Positions 54,801 through 64,000 of a DNA stretch of 64,000 nt are shown piece after piece; positions within the stretch are counted from its first letter, which is position 1; every line of letters starts with the position of its first letter. Source of the stretch: the human T2T-CHM13v2.0 reference genome, Homo sapiens; NCBI RefSeq assembly GCF_009914755.1, contig NC_060939.1. One strand, written 5' to 3'. Made by a program: the position numbers and the translations under genes. The notes below the pieces were generated by a model, which was given only the letters and a program-made list of their open reading frames with translations, was not told the origin of the DNA and did not search any database.

Positions 54801-57800
54801 TCCATTCGATTCCATTCCATTCGAATCAATTACATAGCAATCCATTACATTCGAGTCTATTCTATTCCGTTCCATTCGATTTCGTTCCAATCCATTCGAT
54901 TCCATTCCATTCGATTCCATTCCATACTATTGCATTCCATTCGATTACATTATATTCGAATAAGTTCCATTCAAGACCATTTCTTTTGAGTCCATTCTAT
55001 TTGAGTCCATTCCCTTTGATTCCATAACATTTGAGTCCATTCAATTCCATTCCTTTCTTTTCCATTCCATTTGATGCCATTCCATTCAATTCTGTTCTAC
55101 TCGACTCCAATACATTCAATTCCATTCCATCCGATTCCATTACATTCTTTTCATTTTTATCCATTTCAAGCCATTCCACTCCATTCCATTCCACTCGTTT
55201 CCTTTCCATTCGAGTCCATTCCTCTCCAGTCCATTCCGTTCAATCCATTCCATTCCAGTCCATTCCATTCGAGTCCGTTCCATTCCAGTCCATTCCATTC
55301 GAGTCAATTCCATTCCATTCGATGTCTTTCCATAACGATCCATTCCATTCTATTCCTTTCGATTCCATTCCATTCTATTTCATTCCATTCGATTCCCTTC
55401 CATTGGACTCCTTTCCATTCGAGTGCATTCCATTCCGTTCCATTTCTTTCCGTTCTGTACGATTCCTACCGTTCGATTTCATTTTGTTCCAGTCCATTCC
55501 TTTCGCGTCCATTCCATTCCATTTCACTCCATTCGATTCCATTCCACTCGATTCCACTTCGTTCCATTTCATTGCATTCCATTCTATTCAACTCTATTGC
55601 CTTCCATTCTATTCCATTCGATTACATTCCATGCGATTCCATTCGAAATCGAATCAATTACATTGCAATCCATTACTATTGAGTCCGTTTTATTCCAGTC
55701 CACTGCATTCTGGTCCATTCCATTTGATTCCATTCCATTCTATTCCATTCCATACAGTTGCATTCCATTGGATTCCATGCTATATCTATAAATTCAATTC
55801 GAGACCATTGCTTTTGAGTCCATTCTATATGATTCCATTCCATTCAAGTCCATTACATTTGGTTCAATTCCATTCCATTCCATTCCCTTCCATTCCATTC
55901 CATTTGATATCAATCCATTCGATTCCATTCCATTCGAGCACATTCCATTCGAGTCCATTCCATTCGATGCCATTCCATTTGATTCTATTCCATTAGTCTC
56001 CATTCAATTCCATTAATCTCCATTCCATTCCATTCTACTCCAACTGATTCCATTCCATTCTATTCCTTTCCATTCCATTTCATTCCATTCCATTCCATTT
56101 CATTCCATTCCATTCCATTCATGTCCATTCCACTCCAGTCCATTCCATTCGTGTCCATTCCATTCCAGTCCATTCCATTTGTGTCCACTGCATTCCATTC
56201 CACTCCATTCCATATTATTCCATTACACTCCATTCCATTCTATTACTTTCATTTCCATTCAATTCCATTCCATTTGATTCCATTCCACTCGGTTTCATTC
56301 CATTTGAATCCACTCCATTCCATTCCATTCCATTCCATTCAGTTCCATTCCATTCTGTTCCATTCCATTCCGTTCCATTCCATTCCATTACATTCGGTAC
56401 CATTCCATATTGTTCCATTCGATTCCATTCGAATCCATTCCATTCCAGTCCATTCCATTCGATTCCATTCCATTCCTTTCAATTCCATTCCATTCCATTC
56501 CATTCCACTTGATTCCACTCCATTCCCTTCCACTGCATTCCATTCGATTCCATTCCATTGCATTGCATTCCATTCCATTGGACTGCATTCCATTCGATTC
56601 CATTCCATTCGAATCAATTACATAGCAATCCATTACATTCGAGTCTATTCTATTCCGTTCCATTCGATTTCGTTCCAATCCATTCGATTCCATTCCATTC
56701 GATTCCATTCCATACTATTGCATTCCATTCGATTACATTATATTCGAATAAGTTCCATTCAAGACCATTTCTTTTGAGTCCATTCTATTTGAGTCCATTC
56801 CCTTTGATTCCATAACATTTGAGTCCATTCAATTCCATTCCTTTCGTTTCCATTCCATTTGATGCCATTCCATTCAATTCTGTTCTACTCGACTCCAATA
56901 CATTCAATTCCATTCCATCCGATTCCATTACATTCTTTTCATTTCTTATCCATTTCAAGCCATTCCACTCCATTCCATTCCACTCGTTTCCTTTCCATTC
57001 GAGTCCATTCCTCTCCAGTCCATTCCGTTCAATCCATTCCATTCCAGTCCATTCCATTCGAGTCCGTTCCATTCCAGTCCATTCCATTCGAGTCAATTCC
57101 ATTCCATTCGATGTCTTTCCATAACGATCCATTCCATTCTATTCCTTTCGATTCCATTCCATTCTATTTCATTCCATTCGATTCCCTTCCATTGGACTCC
57201 TTTCCATTCGAGTGCATTCCATTCCGTTCCATTTCTTTCTGTTCTGTACGATTCCTACCGTTCGATTTCATTTTGTTCCAGTCCATTCCTTTCGCGTCCA
57301 TTCCATTCCATTTCACTCCATTCGATTCCATTCCACTCGATTCCACTTCGTTCCATTTCATTGCATTCCATTCTATTCAACTCTATTGCCTTTCATTCCA
57401 TTCCATTCGATTACATTCCATGCGATTCCATTCGAAATCGAATCAATTACATTGCAATCCATTAATATTGAGTCCATTTTATTCCAGTCCACTGCATTCT
57501 GGTCCATTCCATTTGATTCCATTCCATTCTATTCCATTCCATACAGTTGCATTCCATTGGATTCCATTCTATATCTATAAATTCAATTCGAGACCATTGC
57601 TTTTGAGTCCATTCTATATGATTCCATTCCATTCAAGTCCATTACATTTGGTTCAATTCCATTCCATTCCATTCCCTTCCATTCCATTCCAGTTGATATC
57701 AATCCATTCGATTCCATTCCATCCGAGCACATTCCATTCGAGTCCATTCCATTCGATGCCATTCCATTTGATTCTATTCCATTAGTCTCCATTCAATTCC

Positions 57801-60800
57801 ATTAATCTCCATTCCATTCCATTCTACTCCAAGTGATTCCATTCCATTCTATTCCTTTCCATTCCATTTCATTCCATTCCATTCCATTTCATTCCATTCC
57901 ATTCCATTCGCTTCCATTCCATTCGTGTCCATTCCACTCCAGTCCATTCCATTCGTGTCCATTCCATTCCAGTCCATTCCATTTGTGTCCACTGCATTCC
58001 ATTCCACTCCATTCCATATTATTCCATTACACTCCATTCCATTCTAATACTTTCATTTCCATTCAATTCCATTCCATTTGATTCCATTCCACTCGGTTTC
58101 ATTCCATTTGAGTCCACTCCATTCCATTCCATTCCATTCCATTCAGTTCCATTCCATTCTGTTCCGTTCCATTCCATTCTGTTCCATTCCATTCCGTTCC
58201 ATTGCATTCCATTCCATTCGGTACCATTCCATATTGTTCCATTCGATTCCATTCGAATCCATTCCATTCCAGTCCATTCCATTCGATTCCATTCCATTCC
58301 TTTCAATTCCATTCCATTCCATTCCATTCCACTTGATTCCACTCCATTCCCTTCCACTGCATTCCATTCGATTCCATTCCATTGCATTGCATTCCATTCC
58401 ATGGGACTGCATTCCATTCGATTCCATTCCATTCGAATCAATTACATAGCAATCCATTACATTCGAGTCTATTCTATTCCGTTCCATTCGATTTCGTTCC
58501 AATCCATTCGATTCCATTCCATTCGATTCCATTCCATACTATTGCATTCCATTCTATTACATTATATTCGAATAAGTTCCATTCAAGACCATTTCTTTTG
58601 AGTCCATTCTATTTGAGTCCATTCCCTTTGATTCCATAACATTTGAGTCCATTCAATTCCATTCCTTTCGTTTGCATTCCATTTGATGCCATTCCATTCA
58701 ATTCTGTTCTACTCGACTCCAATACATTCAATTCCATTCCATCCGATTCCATTACATTCTTTTCATTTCTTATCCATTTCAAGCCATTCCACTCCATTCC
58801 ATTCCACTCGTTTCCTTTCCATTCGAGTCCATTCCTCTCCAGTCCATTCCGTTCAATCCATTCCATTCCAGTCCATTCCATTCGAGTCCGTTCCATTCCA
58901 GTCCATTCCATTCGAGTCAATTCCATTCCATTCGATGTCTTTCCATAACGATCCATTCCATTCTATTCCTTTCGATTCCATTCCATTCTATTTCATTCCA
59001 TTCGATTCCCTTCCATTGGACTCCTTTCCATTAGAGTGCATTCCATTCCGTTCCATTTCTTTCCGTTCTGTACGATTCCTACCGTTCGATTTCATTTTGT
59101 TCCAGTCCATTCCTTTCGCGTCCATTCCATTCCATTTCACTCCATTCGATTCCATTCCACTCGATTCCACTTCGTTCCATTTCATTGCATTCCATTCTAT
59201 TCAACTCTATTGCCTTCCATTCCATTCCATTCGATTACATTCCATGCGATTCCATTCGAAATCGAATCAATTACATTACAATCCATTACTATTGAGTCCG
59301 TATTATTCCAGTCCACTGCATTCTGGTCCATTCCATTTGATTCCATTCCATTTTATTCCATTCCATACAGTTGCATTCCATTGGATTCCATGCTATATCT
59401 ATAAATTCAATTCGAGACCATTGCTTTTGATTCCATTCTATATGTTTCCATTCCATTCAAGTCCATTACATTTGGTTCAATTCCATTCCATTCCATTCCC
59501 TTCCATTCCATTCCAGTTGATATCAATCCATTCGATTCCATTCCATTCGAGCACATTCCATTCGAGTCCATTCCATTCGATGCCATTCCATTTGATTCTA
59601 TTCCATTAGTCTCCATTCAATTCCATTAATCTCCATTCCATTCCATTCTACTCCAACTGATTCCATTCCATTCTATTCCTTTCCATTCCATTTCATTCCA
59701 TTCCATTCCATTCGCTTCCATTCCATTCGTGTCCATTCCACTCCAGTCGATTCCATTTGTGTCCACTGCATTCCATTCCACTCCATTCCATATTATTCCA
59801 TTACACTCCATTCCATTCTATTACTTTCATTTCCATTCAATTCCATTCCATTTGATTCCATTCCACTCGGTTTCATTCCATTTGAGTCCACTCCATTCCA
59901 TTCCATTCCATTCCATTCCATTCCATTCAGTTCCATTCCATTCTGTTCCATTCCATTCCGTTCCATTGCATTCCATTCCATTCGGTACCATTCCATATTG
60001 TTCCATTCGATTCCATTCGAATCCATTCCATTCCAGTCCATTCCATTCGATTCCATTCCATTCCTTTCAATTCCATTCCATTCCATTCCATTCCACTTGA
60101 TTCCACTCCATTCCCTTCCACTGCATTCCATTCGATTCCATTCCATTGCATTGCATTCCATTCCATTGGACTGCATTCCATTCGATTCCATTCCATTCGA
60201 ATCAATTACATAGCAATCCGTTACATTCGAGTCTATTCTATTCCGTTCCATTCGATTTCGTTCCAATCCATTCGATTCCATTCCATTCGATTCCATTCCA
60301 TACTATTGCATTCCATTCGATTACATTATATTCGAATAAGTTCCATTCAAGACCATTTCTTTTGAGTCCATTCTATTTGAGTCCATTCCCTTTGATTCCA
60401 TAACATTTGAGTCCATTCAATTCCATTCCTTTCGTTTCCATTCCATTTGATGCCATTCCATTCAATTCTGTTCTACTCGACTCCAATACATTCAATTCCA
60501 TTCCATCCGATTCCATTACATTCTTTTCATTTCTTATCCATTTCAAGCCATTCCACTCCATTCCATTCCACTCGTTTCCTTTCCATTCGAGTCCATTCCT
60601 CTCCAGTCCATTCCGTTCAATCCATTCCATTCCAGTCCATTCCATTCGAGTCCGTTCCATTCCAGTCCATTCCATTCGAGTCAATTCCATCCCATTCGAT
60701 GTCTTTCCATAACGATCCATTCCATTCTATTCCTTTCGATTCCATTCCATTCTATTTCATTCCATTCGATTCCCTTCCATTGGACTCCTTTCCATTCGAG

Positions 60801-63250
60801 TGCATTCCATTCCGTTCCATTTCTTTCCGTTCTGTACGATTCCTACCGTTCGATTTCATTTTGTTCCAGTCCATTCCTTTCGCGTCCATTCCATTCCATT
60901 TCACTCCATTCGATTCCATTCCACTCGATTCCACTTCGTTCCATTTCATTGCATTCCATTCTATTCAACTCTATTGCCTTCCATTCCATTCCATTCGATT
61001 ACATTCCATGCGATTCCATTCGAAATCGAATCAATTACATTACAATCCATTACTATTGAGTCCGTTTTATTCCAGTCCACTGCATTCTGGTCCATTCCAT
61101 TTGATTCCATTCCATTTTATTCCATTCCATACAGTTGCATTCCATTGGATTCCATGCTATATCTATAAATTCAATTCGAGACCATTGCTTTTGATTCCAT
61201 TCTATATGTTTCCATTCCATTCAAGTCCATTACATTTGGTTCAATTCCATTCCATTCCATTCCCTTCCATTCCATTCCAGTTGATATCAATCCATTCGAT
61301 TCCATTCCATTCGAGCACATTCCATTCGAGTCCATTCCATTCGATGCCATTCCATTTGATTCTATTCCATTAGTCTCCATTCAATTCCATTAATCTCCAT
61401 TCCATTCCATTCTACTCCAACTGATTCCATTCCATTCTATTCCTTTCCATTCCATTTCATTCCATTCCATTCCATTCCCTTCCATTCCATTCGTGTCCAT
61501 TCCACTCCAGTCGATTCCATTTGTGTCCACTGCATTCCATTCCACTCCATTCCATATTATTCCATTACACTCCATTCCATTCTATTACTTTCATTTCCAT
61601 TCAATTCCATTCCATTTGATTCCATTCCACTCGGTTTCATTCCATTTGAGTCCACTCCATTCCATTCCATTCCATTCCATTCCATTCAGTTCCATTCCAT
61701 TCTGTTCCATTCCATTCCGTTCCATTGCATTCCATTCCATTCGGTACCATTCCATATTGTTCCATTCGATTCCATTCGAATCCATTCCATTCCAGTCCAT
61801 TCCATTCGATTCCATTCCATTCCTTTCAATTCCATTCCATTCCATTCCATTCCACTTGATTCCACTCCATTCCCTTCCACTGCATTCCATTCGATTCCAT
61901 TCCATTGCATTGCATTCCATTCCATTGGACTGCATTCCATTCGATTCCATTCCATTCGAATCAATTACATAGCAATCCATTACATTCGAGTCTATTCTAT
62001 TCCGTTCCATTCGATTTCGTTCCAATCCATTCGATTCCATTCCATTCGATTCCATTCCATACTATTGCATTCCATTCGATTACATTATATTCGAATAAGT
62101 TCCATTCAAGACCATTTCTTTTGAGTCCATTCTATTTGAGTCCATTCCCTTTGATTCCATAACATTTGAGTCCATTCAATTCCATTCCTTTCGTTTCCAT
62201 TCCATTTGATGCCATTCCATTCAATTCTGTTCTACTCGACTCCAATACATTCAATTCCATTCCATCCGATTCCATTACATTCTTTTCATTTCTTATCCAT
62301 TTCAAGCCATTCCACTCCATTCCATTCCACTCGTTTCCTTTCCATTCGAGTCCATTCCTCTCCAGTCCATTCCGTTCAATCCATTCCATTCCAGTCCATT
62401 CCATTCGAGTCCGTTCCATTCCAGTCCATTCCATTCGAGTCAATTCCATCCCATTCGATGTCTTTCCATAACGATCCATTCCATTCTATTCCTTTCGATT
62501 CCATTCCATTCTATTTCATTCCATTCGATTCCCTTCCATTGGACTCCTTTCCATTCGAGTGCATTCCATTCCGTTCCATTTCTTTCCGTTCTGTACGATT
62601 CCTACCGTTCGATTTCATTTTGTTCCAGTCCATTCCTTTCGCGTCCATTCCATTCCATTTCACTCCATTCGATTCCATTCCACTCGATTCCACTTCGTTC
62701 CATTTCATTGCATTCCATTCTATTCAACTCTATTGCCTTCCATTCTATTCCATTCGATTACATTCCATGCGATTCCATTCGAAATCGAATCAATTACATT
62801 GCAATCCATTACTATTGAGTCCGTTTTATTCCAGTCCACTGCATTCTGGTCCATTCCATTTGATTCCATTCCATTCTATTCCATTCCATACAGTTGCATT
62901 CATTTGGATTCCATGCTATATCTATAAATTCAATTCGAGACCATTGCTTTTGAGTCCATTCTATATGATTCCATTCCATTCAAGTCCACTACATTTGGTT
63001 CAATTCCATTCCATTCCATTCCCTTCCATTCCATTCCATTTGATATCAATCCATTCGATTCCATTCCATTCGAGCACATTCCATTCGAGTCCATTCCATT
63101 CGATGCCATTCCATTTGATTCTATTCCATTAGTCTCCATTCAATTCCATTAATCTCCATTCCATTCCATTCTACTCCAACTGATTCCATTCCATTCTATT
63201 CCTTTCCATTCCATTTCATTCCATTCCATTCCATTTCATTCCATTCCATT
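51850..63250 (+). repeat. Segment paralogous to ~19600-29200 (offset 32246, then 34029-34034 after one extra unit)
   Basis: Shared 25 bp duplication plus tccataactattg, gtgtcccctgcattccattaaa, cctttcttttcc, ccatgggactg, ctaatactttc and gcattcatttgg. Confidence 0.82.
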
Positions 63251-64000
63251 CCATTCGTGTCCATTCCACTCCAGTCCATTCCATTCGTGTCCATTCCATT
63301 CCAGTCCATTCCATTTGTGTCCACTGCATTCCATTCCACTCCATTCCATATTATTCCATTACACTCCATTCCATTCTATTACTTTCATTTCCATTCAATT
63401 CCATTCCATTTGATTCCATTCCACTCGGTTTCATTCCATTTGAGTCCACTCCATTGCAGTCCATTCCATTCCATTCAGTTCCATTCCATTCTGTTCCATT
63501 CCATTCCGTTCCATTGCATTCCATTCCATTCGGTACCATTCCATATTGTTCCATTCGATTCCATTCGAATCCATTCCATTCCAGTCCATTCCATTCGATT
63601 CCATTCCATTCCTTTCAATTCCATTCCATTCCATTCCATTCCACTTGATTCCAATCCATTCCCTTCCACTGCATTCCATTCGATTCCATTCCATTGCATT
63701 GCATTCCATTCCATTGGACTGCATTCCATTCGATTCCATTCCATTCGAATCAATTACATAGCAATCCATTACATTCGAGTCTATTCTATTCCGTTCCATT
63801 CGATTTCGTTCCAATCCATTCGATTCCATTCCATTCGATTCCATTCCATACTATTGCATTCCATTCGATTACATTATATTCGAATAAGTTCCATTCAAGA
63901 ACATTTCTTTTGAGTCCATTCTATTTGAGTCCATTCCCTTTGATTCCATAACATTTGAGTCCATTCAATTCCATTCCTTTCGTTTCCATTCCATTTGATG

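Larger units (their letters stand above)
1..64000 (+). repeat. Human satellite III (HSat3)-type array of diverged (CATTC)n pentamers; C/T-rich strand is + throughout
   Basis: ATTCC pentamers dominate every line, with diverged variants (ATTCG, AGTCC, ATTGC, ATTTG, ATTCA). No unique sequence or strand switch was seen. Long pure (ATTCC)n runs and the lack of dominant CATTCGATTC/GATGATTCC motifs favour HSat3 over HSat2. Confidence 0.97.
1..64000 (+). repeat. ~1.8 kb higher-order unit, about 36 tandem copies; probable D15Z1 / HSat3A5 (chromosome 15 short arm) family
   Basis: One KpnI site (GGTACC) per unit at 1194, 3003, 4796, 6605, 8409, 10213, 11987 ... 63532, mean spacing ~1781 bp over 35 intervals. 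One GATATC per unit (e.g. 719). A 1.8 kb KpnI-defined Sat III repeat is the classical description of D15Z1. The periodicity is certain; the chromosome assignment rests on recalled knowledge, not an alignment. Confidence 0.72.

Noticed and set aside
1-64000. CRISPR-like or other repeat-spacer system
   Set aside because: There are no unique spacers; every non-pentamer motif recurs in each 1.8 kb unit. No associated genes are present.
1-64000. HSat2 1.77 kb chromosome 1 family
   Set aside because: The unit size is similar, but the sequence is dominated by intact ATTCC runs and lacks the dense CATTCGATTC/GATGAT pattern typical of HSat2.
1-64000. Embedded Alu/L1 insertion, inversion or array boundary
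   Set aside because: No poly(A) tail, non-satellite sequence or GGAAT-oriented stretch was seen on the + strand, and all unit spacings are accounted for by small indels and one deletion.

Overview
The whole 64 kb window is one uninterrupted, single-orientation tandem array of (CATTC/GGAAT)n satellite DNA, consistent with human satellite III (HSat3). It is organised as about 36 copies of a ~1.8 kb unit (mostly 1759-1824 bp), each with one KpnI site and one EcoRV site. This best fits the 1.8 kb KpnI Sat III family D15Z1 (HSat3A5) of the chromosome 15 short arm, but that locus call is an inference. I see no real genes, RNA genes, transposons or CRISPR array; every listed ORF is a translation artefact of the pentamer. 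I found no new biological system. The interesting content is structural: an old internal duplication inside the unit, fixed phase breaks that make the unit 5n-1 long, length variation confined to one part of the unit, a young 3568 bp dimer repeated three times, long-range segmental copies (offsets about 14.4, 24.6, 32.2/34.0 and 39.0 kb) with mosaic ancestry, and one unit with a ~429 bp deletion. Offsets were derived by hand from landmark motifs and the ORF-track coordinates, so block boundaries are approximate.
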